Shown: in pieces, positions 27,025-35,314 of the stretch
Layout: each line of letters begins with the position of its first letter
How positions within the stretch are numbered: position 1 is the stretch's first letter
From: Clostridia bacterium
GTDB taxonomy: Bacteria; Bacillota; Clostridia; Oscillospirales; CAG-272
Length of the DNA: 64,000 nucleotides
Assembly (NCBI GenBank): GCA_017416185.1
Contig: JAFQDF010000035.1
Coordinates: forward strand, 51,521-115,520
Direction: 5' to 3'
Translations under genes and position numbers: made by a program
The notes under the pieces: generated by a model
Seen by the model: the letters and a program-made list of their open reading frames with translations, nothing else
What the model was told of the DNA's origin: nothing
Databases searched by the model: none

Positions 27025-28518
27025 ATGATAGTTAACATTGACGGTAATATCAACAGATTTTATGCGCAGACCCTGTGTATGGTGTTTTTCCCCGGAGCAA
27101 AGTTTGCCGAGGATGAGATTGCCACCGAAAACACTCCTATAGTAGATCTTATACAGCGTGATACAGATGAGGGTTGCTATGCCAAAGCTACCATAACCAT
27201 TGGCAAAAAAACTGTCACCTGTGAGCATACAGAGCCATATTCCGAGACAAATGTTAAGATAAAGACTGAGAAGGTAGCGGTAGGTGTTGCTCTTTTCAAG
27301 GCAGGAGAAAAATTTTTCCGTATATCCCCCTCCTGGGGTATCCTTACAGGTGTTCGTCCTGCAAAGATAGCAAGAGATCTTCTTAACGGCGGATTGGGGC
27401 TTAAGGAAATGAAGGGAATACTTACCAAGCAGTATTTTGTCAGCCCGAAGAAGGCGACCCTGCTGGGTAATATAGCAAAGAACGAGAACCGTATAATCAA
27501 GCAGATGGGAGATAATACCTGCAGTCTGTATATTTCCATACCCTTTTGTCCCTCACGCTGTTCGTACTGTTCCTTTGTTTCATATTCTACCAAGAGACTT
27601 CTCTCTCTTATACCCGATTATCTTGCAAAGCTTATGTATGAGGTGGAGAACAGTCTTAAGCTTATTTCCGAGCTTGGACAGAGGCTTATTGCCATTTATA
27701 TAGGCGGCGGCACACCCTCTATACTTACTCCGGATCAGATGAGTATGCTTCTGGGTGTTATTAAGGAAAACGCGGATCTCAGCCAGGTAAAGGAATATAC
27801 CTTTGAGATGGGCAGACCGGATACCGTAACCGAGGAAAAGGTCAGAATAGCCATTGAGATGGGTGTCAACCGTATCAGTATCAATCCTCAGACCTTAAAC
27901 GATGCCGTGCTTGAGACTATCGGCAGAAATCACACCGTTGAGCAATTTTACCGTGCGTATAATATTGCAAGAGAAGCGGGCATAGAATGTATCAACACCG
28001 ATCTTATTGCAGGTCTTCCCGGCGAGAGTCCCGCAAGCTTCCAGAAGACTGTGGACGAGATACTGAAGCTGCGTCCCGAAAATGTAACCTACCATACCTT
28101 CTGTGTCAAGAAGGCTGCGGATATCTTGAAGGACGAGAATAACGTATATTCGCCCTTCGACCCAAACGTAGGAAAGTGCGTGGATTATGCTCAGGTCAAT
28201 GCAAAGAATAACGGTTATATTCCATACTATATGTACAGACAGAAAAATACCGTGGGTAACTATGAAAACGTAGGTTATTCCTTACCCGGCTATGAGGGTC
28301 TGTACAATATATATATGATGGAGGAGATACATTCGGTATTTGCCTGCGGAGCAGGTGCGGTCACCAAGCTCGTGTCTCCCAACCGTGATACCATCAAGCG
28401 TGTCTTTATGCCGAAGTATCCCTACGAATATCTTTCGGACAAGGTTACAGAGGCTGATATACATAGGACCTACGATAGCTTCAGAGAGTTTTACGATACT
28501 CATTTCAAGGAGAAATAA
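27025..28518 (+). CDS. hemZ: radical SAM coproporphyrinogen-dehydrogenase-like protein HemZ
   Basis: MIVNIDGNINRFYAQTLCMVFFPG N-terminus typical of HemZ. Radical-SAM cluster CPSRCSYCSF. GGAG lies 6 nt before the ATG at 27025. Confidence 0.85.
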   Translation: MIVNIDGNINRFYAQTLCMVFFPGAKFAEDEIATENTPIVDLIQRDTDEGCYAKATITIGKKTVTCEHTEPYSETNVKIKTEKVAVGVALFKAGEKFFRISPSWGILTGVRPAKIARDLLNGGLGLKEMKGILTKQYFVSPKKATLLGNIAKNENRIIKQMGDNTCSLYISIPFCPSRCSYCSFVSYSTKRLLSLIPDYLAKLMYEVENSLKLISELGQRLIAIYIGGGTPSILTPDQMSMLLGVIKENADLSQVKEYTFEMGRPDTVTEEKVRIAIEMGVNRISINPQTLNDAVLETIGRNHTVEQFYRAYNIAREAGIECINTDLIAGLPGESPASFQKTVDEILKLRPENVTYHTFCVKKAADILKDENNVYSPFDPNVGKCVDYAQVNAKNNGYIPYYMYRQKNTVGNYENVGYSLPGYEGLYNIYMMEEIHSVFACGAGAVTKLVSPNRDTIKRVFMPKYPYEYLSDKVTEADIHRTYDSFREFYDTHFKEK

Positions 28519-30167
28519 TGAAAAATCAGAAAACCAAAAAAGCGGCAAACCTGTTTGCCTCCGGTGTGCTTGCCCTGACGATAGCGAACCTTGTGGTCAA
28601 GGTTATCGGTCTGGGTCTCAAGATACCGCTAAAGTCTGCTATTACCAACGTGGGTATGGGCTATTACAACGTAGCCTACAATATCTACGTGCTTCTGTTT
28701 ATGATAGCTACAACGGGTATACCCGTGGCTATTGCGATGATGGTCAGCGAAAGCCGTGCCAAGGGTAATCTCAGAGAACCGAAAAGAATTTTCCGTGTAA
28801 GTCTGGCGACCCTTGCCGTTATAGGCTTTGTGGGTATGCTGGCGATGATGCTCTTATCCGGAGTAATAGCCGACGGCTATAATTCTGAGGGTCTGCAGTA
28901 TTCTATAATATGTATTGCACCGACGCTGTTCTTTATCTGTATTGCATGTGCGATCCGCGGATATTTTCAGGGACATCAGAATATGGTGCCTACAGCGGTG
29001 TCAGAGGTCATTGAGGCTCTTGGTAAGCTGGTAATCGGTCTTGCTCTGGCACTTGTGGCGATGAGGTTTATACCCGACAGCAATTCCAAAAAGCACGCCC
29101 TTGCTGCCGCTATGGCTATTCTCGGTCCTACCGTAGGTGTTGCCATAGGTATGATATATCTTATCATAAAGAAGGCATCCTTTAAGGAGGAGCTTTACAA
29201 TGCCGAGTATGAGCGTCCTGACAGCTATGATATGCCCGTGCGCTCAAACAAAACGATACTCAAAACACTTCTTCTTATCGCTATTCCCATAACTCTCAGC
29301 TCATCGGTAATGAGCCTTACAAATGTTATCGACAGCTGGATAATTGCCAACCGTCTGGATTTTCTGGGGCTGGCAGAGACTGCAAGAGTGGAGATGTACG
29401 GAGCTTTTACCACAGAGGTAATAACTCTCTTCAATCTTCCTCCTGTGCTGATATATCCCATTTCCGGATCTATAGTTCCTTATCTTTCCGCACTGCTTGT
29501 AAAAAACGAAAAGGACAAGGTTCACGGACTTCTCAACAGCTCCCTGAAGGTAGCCTCTCTTATCGCACTGCCCTGTGCCCTTGGTATGTCCGTGCTTTCC
29601 GAGCCTGTTATCACGCTTATCTTCGGAGATTGCTACGTGGATTCTCCCGGACATCTGCGTATTCAGGCACTGGCTGTATTCTTTATGGCGATGCTCTCTA
29701 TGAGCACCTCCTTCCTTCAGGCATACAAGCTTGAGCGTAAGCCCATCATCAGTATGATAGCGGGAGCTGTAGTCAAGGTGACTACCAGCTGGTTCCTTAT
29801 AGGTAACGAAAATATCCGTATGTACGGTGCACCTATAGGCTCTTTGCTTTGTTATATTACAATAGTTATCTTCAACTTCTACTTTGTGGCAAAGCATATA
29901 GGATTTATTCCCAGCTTCAGAAGGGTTTTCCTCAAGCCCCTTGCCGCAGCGGTACTTTGTGCAGCAACAGCTCTCGGCGCTTATCATCTGTTAGCGGGCT
30001 TCCTCGGTGTGGGAAGGATAGTAACCATCCTTGCTATAGTTGTGGCAGCTGTGGTATATCTCTTTGCCATACTTCTTTTCGGTGCCCTGAACAAGGATGA
30101 TTTTGCCATCATACCCAAAGGAGAGAAAATTTATTCATTACTGAAGAAGGCAAGACTTGTAAAATGA
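28518..30167 (+). CDS. MOP-superfamily flippase (YabM/MurJ/SpoVB-like polysaccharide biosynthesis protein)
   Basis: 549 aa and polytopic (about 14 TM helices). It occupies the syntenic position of B. subtilis yabM, upstream of mazG(yabN)-yabO-yabP-yabQ-divIC. Confidence 0.8.
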   Translation: MKNQKTKKAANLFASGVLALTIANLVVKVIGLGLKIPLKSAITNVGMGYYNVAYNIYVLLFMIATTGIPVAIAMMVSESRAKGNLREPKRIFRVSLATLAVIGFVGMLAMMLLSGVIADGYNSEGLQYSIICIAPTLFFICIACAIRGYFQGHQNMVPTAVSEVIEALGKLVIGLALALVAMRFIPDSNSKKHALAAAMAILGPTVGVAIGMIYLIIKKASFKEELYNAEYERPDSYDMPVRSNKTILKTLLLIAIPITLSSSVMSLTNVIDSWIIANRLDFLGLAETARVEMYGAFTTEVITLFNLPPVLIYPISGSIVPYLSALLVKNEKDKVHGLLNSSLKVASLIALPCALGMSVLSEPVITLIFGDCYVDSPGHLRIQALAVFFMAMLSMSTSFLQAYKLERKPIISMIAGAVVKVTTSWFLIGNENIRMYGAPIGSLLCYITIVIFNFYFVAKHIGFIPSFRRVFLKPLAAAVLCAATALGAYHLLAGFLGVGRIVTILAIVVAAVVYLFAILLFGALNKDDFAIIPKGEKIYSLLKKARLVK

Positions 30168-30802
30168 TGACAACGGAACAGATTAAAAATAAAGACATAT
30201 ACACTATGGATGACCTCTGCGAGATAATGAAATATCTCAGGGTTGGCTGTCCATGGGACAAGGAGCAGACCCATGAAAGCATACGCACCTGCTTTATCGA
30301 GGAGGTTTATGAGGTCTGCGATGCTATAGACAAAAAGGATCCCGAGCTTATGTGCGAGGAGCTGGGCGACGTGCTTTTGCAGGTGGTTTTCCACGCCCAG
30401 ATGGCAGAGGAGGACGGAGAATTTACACTCGGAGATGCCGTAGACGGCATCTGCCGTAAGCTTATAATACGTCACCCCCACGTGTTCGGAGACGTCAAAG
30501 CGGATACCTCGGGTGAGGTATTATACAACTGGGATAAGATAAAGGCGGATACCAAGGGTCAGAAGACAGTTGCCGATACTGTAAGGGACGTACCCAAGGC
30601 CCTGCCCGGACTTATGAGAGCTCAGAAAACGGCAAAGCGGGCGGCAAAGGGTGATAGCTATACCCTCGAGGATAGGGAACTGGATTTCGACTCTCTTGGT
30701 GAGGAGCTTTTCAAGCTTTGCTCCGCGGCTCAAAGGGCAGGAATCGACGCTGAGGAGGCTCTTACCCGATATTGTGACAGATTTATTGCAGATTTTGAGT
30801 AA
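30164..30802 (+). CDS. mazG: MazG-family nucleoside triphosphate pyrophosphohydrolase
   Basis: CPWDKEQTHESIRTCFIEEVYEVCDAI and EELGDVLLQVVFHAQ MazG motifs. ATGA overlap with the upstream gene. Confidence 0.85.
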   Translation: MMTTEQIKNKDIYTMDDLCEIMKYLRVGCPWDKEQTHESIRTCFIEEVYEVCDAIDKKDPELMCEELGDVLLQVVFHAQMAEEDGEFTLGDAVDGICRKLIIRHPHVFGDVKADTSGEVLYNWDKIKADTKGQKTVADTVRDVPKALPGLMRAQKTAKRAAKGDSYTLEDRELDFDSLGEELFKLCSAAQRAGIDAEEALTRYCDRFIADFE

Positions 30803-30839
30803 AAGAATTAATAAAATCAGAAAAATTTTGCAAAATCTA

Positions 30840-30868
30840 TTGATATTACCGATAAATCGTGTTATAAT
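30840..30868 (+). promoter_or_regulatory. candidate promoter of hup
   Basis: TTGATA - 17 nt - TGtTATAAT. Confidence 0.6.
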
Positions 30869-30910
30869 GTAGTGTAGAAGTAAAAAAATAACAGAAAGGT
30901 GATTAAAATT

Positions 30911-31186
30911 ATGATGACCAAGGCAAATATCATTGATGCAGTAGCAACTAAGACAGGCGCAACCAAGAAGGCTTCCGAGGCAGCTGTTAACGCAGCTATC
31001 GAGGCTATCGTTGATGCTCTTAAGGCAGGCGATAAGGTTCAGGTTTTCGGTTTCGGTACTTTCGAGGTTAAGGAGCGCGCAGCTCGTACAGGAAGAAATC
31101 CCCGTACAGGCGAGACTCTTGAGATCGCTGCTTCCAAGAATGTTGGTTTCAGCGCAGCTAAGGCTCTCAAGGACGCTATAAAGTAA
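30911..31186 (+). CDS. hup: DNA-binding protein HU
   Basis: MMTKANIIDAVA...GFGTFEVKERAARTGRNPRTGE... is canonical HU. AAAGGTGA SD lies upstream. Confidence 0.95.
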   Translation: MMTKANIIDAVATKTGATKKASEAAVNAAIEAIVDALKAGDKVQVFGFGTFEVKERAARTGRNPRTGETLEIAASKNVGFSAAKALKDAIK

Positions 31187-31204
31187 TAGCAAATTTTGAA
31201 ACGG

Positions 31205-31241
31205 TCGGGAATCCTTGAGCCAAGGATTCCCGATATTGTTT
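31205..31241 (+). terminator. intrinsic terminator after hup
   Basis: TCGGGAATCCTT-gagcc-AAGGATTCCCGA followed by TATTGTTT. Confidence 0.8.
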
Positions 31242-31281
31242 ATAGGAAGGGGCTTGCTCCTTTTGTGTACAGGAAAATACA

Positions 31282-31524
31282 ATGAGATTGGATAAGTATT
31301 TAAAGATATCAAGAATAATCAAGCGCCGAACCGTAGCCAACGATGCCTGCGATGCAGAGCACGTTCAGGTGAACGGCAGACGCGCCAAGGCATCCTATGA
31401 CGTCAAGGTCGGGGATGTTATCGAGATAAGCTTTGGCGAGAGGACTCTCAAACTCCGTGTCCTTGAGGTAAAGGAGCATGTTGCCAAGGCAGATGCCTCG
31501 GGTATGTATGAGGTAATAAACTGA
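31282..31524 (+). CDS. yabO: S4-domain RNA-binding protein (YabO/Hsp15-like)
   Basis: MRLDKYLKISRIIKRRTVA...V.VNGR.AK S4 motif, in the syntenic position. Confidence 0.85.
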   Translation: MRLDKYLKISRIIKRRTVANDACDAEHVQVNGRRAKASYDVKVGDVIEISFGERTLKLRVLEVKEHVAKADASGMYEVIN

Positions 31525-31570
31525 ACAGCTCCCGCATATAAATGTGATATCACGTTTATGGGGGATGTAT

Positions 31571-31837
31571 ATGAAGGAATACGGATCAAAGCAGTCTATA
31601 AGTGTCACCGACAGACAGAGTGCGGTGCTTACGGGGGTAGATGAGGTTTTATGCTATGACGAAAATAATATCGTTATGCAGACCTGTCTCGGACAACTTA
31701 CTCTTGACGGCGAGGGATTAAATATAGTACAATTAAACTTGAGCGAGGGAATAGTCTCGGTTGAGGGTAGGATAGATGCCTTTTACTATATGGAACAAAA
31801 GTCAAAAAAATCGCTTTTGTCCCGTATTTTCGGATAG
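31571..31837 (+). CDS. yabP: sporulation protein YabP
   Basis: ...SVTDRQSAVLTGVDEVLCYDENNIVMQTCLGQLTLDGEGLNI... matches the YabP family, and synteny is yabO-yabP-yabQ. Confidence 0.85.
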   Translation: MKEYGSKQSISVTDRQSAVLTGVDEVLCYDENNIVMQTCLGQLTLDGEGLNIVQLNLSEGIVSVEGRIDAFYYMEQKSKKSLLSRIFG

Positions 31838-31838
31838 T

Positions 31839-32303
31839 ATGGCACATAGCTATTCTCAGATATATACCTTCATACTTTATTCTGCCGTTATCGGATTTGT
31901 GTTTGGATGTGTGTACGATGCTCTTCGTCTCATCCGTACGGCATTTTATATGGCGGGTAAGAAAGTACTGACAAATGTCATTTATTTTACCTGTGACGTT
32001 CTGTTTTTTATAATCATCGCCGTGGCATCGGCAATATTTATTTTTCACGTCAATAACGGACGTATCCGCGGGATAGCGATATTCGGTTCTCTTGCGGGGT
32101 TTACGGTGTATTATAACACCGTAGGCAGACTGACCTCTGCAGTGTACAGATATATCATTAAGGGTGTATACCGTGTGCTGCGTTTTATTTGGGAGACTGT
32201 TTTGCTTGCGATATGGCACTTTTGCGTCGGTGTGGGTGACAGTATTTATACCCGCAGACATTTGAAACGCAGGATAAGAAGCTTTAAAAGGAAAGGATGT
32301 TGA
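31839..32303 (+). CDS. yabQ: spore cortex biosynthesis protein YabQ
   Basis: MAHSYSQIYTFILYSAVIGFVFGCVYDALRLIR... membrane protein immediately after yabP. The ATG at 31839 avoids overlap with yabP. Confidence 0.75.
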   Translation: MAHSYSQIYTFILYSAVIGFVFGCVYDALRLIRTAFYMAGKKVLTNVIYFTCDVLFFIIIAVASAIFIFHVNNGRIRGIAIFGSLAGFTVYYNTVGRLTSAVYRYIIKGVYRVLRFIWETVLLAIWHFCVGVGDSIYTRRHLKRRIRSFKRKGC

Positions 32304-32306
32304 GCT

Positions 32307-32579
32307 GTGGTAAGAACAAATATATTTGTTAAGGTAGCTGTAATTATCGTTATACTTGTTTGTCTCATTACAATTTTGAAGCTCCAGATACAGTTCAACA
32401 GTCTTAACGAGGAAAAAAAGGTCTTAACAAGTCAGGTCGAGGAATACCGTGAGGACATAGAGGAGCTCAAGGCCGAAATGGAAAGGCCCTTTGATGATGA
32501 GTATGTTATCCGCGTGGCAAGAGAAAAGTTAGGCTATCATCTTCCTGATGAGATAATTTATTACAACGATTTAAATTAG
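32307..32579 (+). CDS. divIC: septum formation initiator (DivIC/FtsB family)
   Basis: 90 aa with a TM helix, a coiled coil and C-terminal YVIRVAREKLGYHLPDEIIY. GTG start. Confidence 0.8.
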   Translation: MVRTNIFVKVAVIIVILVCLITILKLQIQFNSLNEEKKVLTSQVEEYREDIEELKAEMERPFDDEYVIRVAREKLGYHLPDEIIYYNDLN

Positions 32580-32580
32580 T

Positions 32581-33285
32581 ATGAGAAATATTATAGTAAC
32601 CGGCGGCAGTCGAGGTATCGGTGCCGCTGTGGTTCGCCGTTTTGCCGCAAACGGTGACAATGTTGTGTTCTTCTACCATTCAAACGACCGTGCAGCTACA
32701 GAGGTAGGCGTACCCTGTATCAAGGGTGATATACGTGACCCGGAAGAGGTAGGCAGAATGATATCAAGGGCGGCGGATTACCTGGGAGGTATTGACGTTC
32801 TTGTGAACAACGCAGGCATTGCACAGTCTGCACTTATGTCGGATATAACCGACAAGGATTATATGGATATGATAAACACCGACCTTTCGGGAGCATTCTA
32901 CTGCTGCCGTCAGGCTATCCCATATTTTCTCCGTAACCATAGCGGTGCTATCGTTAATATCTCCTCTATGTGGGGAGAGGTAGGAGCATCTATGGAGGTT
33001 CATTATTCTGCAGCAAAGGCGGGACTTATCGGACTTACCAAGGCTTTGGCAAAGGAGCTGGGTCCTTCGGGTGTCCGTGTGAACTGCGTTACCCCCGGTA
33101 TGATAGATACCGATATGAACAGAGGATATTCCAAGGTGGATATTCAGGCAATAGTTGACGAGACCCCTCTTATGCGCATAGGCAAGCCCGAGGACGTGGC
33201 AGAGGCTGTGTTCTTTTTGGCATCGGACAAGGCAAGCTTTATCACAGGTCAGGTGCTGGGTGTTAACGGTGGATATGTGATTTAA
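32581..33285 (+). CDS. SDR-family oxidoreductase (FabG-like)
   Basis: TGGSRGIG cofactor motif, NNAG and catalytic YSAAK. Confidence 0.85.
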   Translation: MRNIIVTGGSRGIGAAVVRRFAANGDNVVFFYHSNDRAATEVGVPCIKGDIRDPEEVGRMISRAADYLGGIDVLVNNAGIAQSALMSDITDKDYMDMINTDLSGAFYCCRQAIPYFLRNHSGAIVNISSMWGEVGASMEVHYSAAKAGLIGLTKALAKELGPSGVRVNCVTPGMIDTDMNRGYSKVDIQAIVDETPLMRIGKPEDVAEAVFFLASDKASFITGQVLGVNGGYVI

Positions 33286-33321
33286 GAAGCTTTTCGGCAA
33301 CGAAGAGCTTCTCTTTGTTTT
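33285..33321 (+). terminator. intrinsic terminator after the SDR gene
   Basis: A 12-bp stem AGAAGCTTTTCG-gcaa-CGAAGAGCTTCT with one U-G pair, followed by CTTTGTTTT. Confidence 0.8.
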
Positions 33322-33328
33322 ATAAACA

Positions 33329-33358
33329 ATAATATATAATACATAATACATAATACAT
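33329..33358. repeat. tandem 7-mer repeat (ATAATAC x3) upstream of the second transglutaminase-like gene
   Basis: ATAATAT ATAATAC ATAATAC ATAATAC AT is read directly. It has the same 7-nt A/T-rich periodicity as the TACATTN arms elsewhere. Confidence 0.7.
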
Positions 33359-33372
33359 CAATGGAGGACAGT

Positions 33373-35313
33373 ATGAAAAAGTTTCTTTTGGCAGCATTCG
33401 TTGCCCTGATGCTGACAGTAACAGCCTTTGCCGTATCGGCAGATGATTTTAACTTTAATGATGCCGCAAAGACTGAAGAGCTGGTGGCATATCTTGAAGA
33501 AAAGGCGCCCGAGGCGGGAACGAAAAATATCAACATAACCGATTTCAAAATTTCATCTGATAATACTCTTGATCTGTATCAGCTTTGTATCGATGAAGCA
33601 CCCCTGCTTTTCCAGTTCAAGCAGATAGTTGTGGTCAAGGATGCACATAACGAGTATATTACTCATATACGCTTCTTATACAAAGACGGATATGATCACG
33701 AATCCTACGTAAAAGACGTAGAGACGTGTAAGGCTAAGGCCGGAGAACTTCTTTACGGTATCAAGGATAACGACAGTCTTGATACCGTTACCAAAGCCTT
33801 GCTTCTCTACGACAGACTGGCTATGATATGTAGATATGATAACGAGAGTGTCGCTGCAGGTGTGGTCGAGTTTGGCTCTGATACTATGTACGGTCCCTTC
33901 ATCAAGGGTAAAGCTATCTGTACAGGTTACACAGGCGCATATATGTATTTGCTGCGTGAGATAGGTGTTGATTCAAGGACGGTTCGTTCAAAGGACGGTG
34001 AGGTTACTGTTCATGCCTGGCTTGTTGTTACAATGAATGGAATTGAGTATCATGCCGATCTGACCTATGACGATTCCGAACCTGACGTTCAGGGAAGAAT
34101 GGCACACGACTATTTCCTTATTTCCAGTGCAAGACTTAATTCTCTGGGACAGAACAAAATTTATCACAAGCATAATTTTGAGCTTACCGATACAAGATAC
34201 GAGGACAAATACTGGAAAAATTCCGAGACTCAGATAGTATTTGCAGACGGATTTATATATTTTATAAACAACCGTATTGAGAAGGAAAGAGGCATATACC
34301 TTGTTGACCCTGCGGATCCCACGTATACTCCGGTAAAGCTCATTGATCTTACCGATTACTGGATCAAGAGCAAGGTGGGAAACAGCTATGAAGCATATGC
34401 CAACTATCACTGTCTTTCCACCGACGGGAACGTTATTTTCTACTCCACTCCCAGAAACATATATGCTTATGATCTTACCAAGGGGACTACAAGGGTTATA
34501 TGCGCTCCTGTGATAACAGGTGAGTACGATAATATCTACGGTTTCAGATACGATAACGGTGATCTGGTATACAGCATTCACTATGCACCTAACTTCGGTG
34601 ATTCCGATATCAACGACGTATTTAACGACGAGGATTTTCAGATAAGAGAAAAGTATGATCCCGATGCTGCCCCCACACCTAACAAGACCCCGGTAATAGA
34701 TGTACCCGATCCCGGTACAGACCCCGATGACTCTGTTATAACCGTTTATTTTACCGACGTTAAAAAGAATCATTGGTACTTCGGTGCGGTGGAATATGCT
34801 TTAGTCAAGGGATATATGAACGGTATGTCCAAGACTACCTTCGCCCCTAACGGCAATATCAAGCGTGAGCAGTTCGTGCTTATCCTTGCAAATATAGCAG
34901 GAGTTAATACCGATAACTATAAGAACGTAAGCAGCGGTATGACCGACGTTCCTACGGGACAGTGGTATTCGGGTGCTGTTGCCTGGGCTGTGGAGAAGGG
35001 ATACGTCAGCGGTATGACCCTCACCACCTTCGGACGCGGCAGGGATATCACCCGTGCTCAGCTTGCCAGACTTTTCTACGTGTATGCAGAAAAGAACGGC
35101 ATCGACGTTAAGGGCAGAGCAGAGCTTTCAAGCTTTGCAGATAAGGCAAAGGTTCAGGACTGGATGTATGACGGACTTTCCTGGGCGGTGGATGCAGGTA
35201 TCATAAACGGTATGGAAATAGGCGGCAAGCTCTCTCTTGATCCTAACGGAAGTGCTATCAGAGCTCAGTGTGCGGTAATGCTTCAAAAATTTGATGTATA
35301 CAGAGGAAAATAA
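33373..35313 (+). CDS. secreted transglutaminase-like protein with C-terminal SLH domains (paralog of 10603..12918)
   Basis: Signal peptide MKKFLLAAFVALMLTVTAFA. Core CTGYTGAYMYLLREIGV...VHAWLVVTMNGIEYHADLTYDD. SLH modules FTDVKKNHWYFGAV..., MTDVPTGQWYSGAV..., FADKAKVQDWMYDG.... GGAGG lies 5 nt before the ATG at 33373. Confidence 0.8.
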   Translation: MKKFLLAAFVALMLTVTAFAVSADDFNFNDAAKTEELVAYLEEKAPEAGTKNINITDFKISSDNTLDLYQLCIDEAPLLFQFKQIVVVKDAHNEYITHIRFLYKDGYDHESYVKDVETCKAKAGELLYGIKDNDSLDTVTKALLLYDRLAMICRYDNESVAAGVVEFGSDTMYGPFIKGKAICTGYTGAYMYLLREIGVDSRTVRSKDGEVTVHAWLVVTMNGIEYHADLTYDDSEPDVQGRMAHDYFLISSARLNSLGQNKIYHKHNFELTDTRYEDKYWKNSETQIVFADGFIYFINNRIEKERGIYLVDPADPTYTPVKLIDLTDYWIKSKVGNSYEAYANYHCLSTDGNVIFYSTPRNIYAYDLTKGTTRVICAPVITGEYDNIYGFRYDNGDLVYSIHYAPNFGDSDINDVFNDEDFQIREKYDPDAAPTPNKTPVIDVPDPGTDPDDSVITVYFTDVKKNHWYFGAVEYALVKGYMNGMSKTTFAPNGNIKREQFVLILANIAGVNTDNYKNVSSGMTDVPTGQWYSGAVAWAVEKGYVSGMTLTTFGRGRDITRAQLARLFYVYAEKNGIDVKGRAELSSFADKAKVQDWMYDGLSWAVDAGIINGMEIGGKLSLDPNGSAIRAQCAVMLQKFDVYRGK

Positions 35314-35314
35314 A

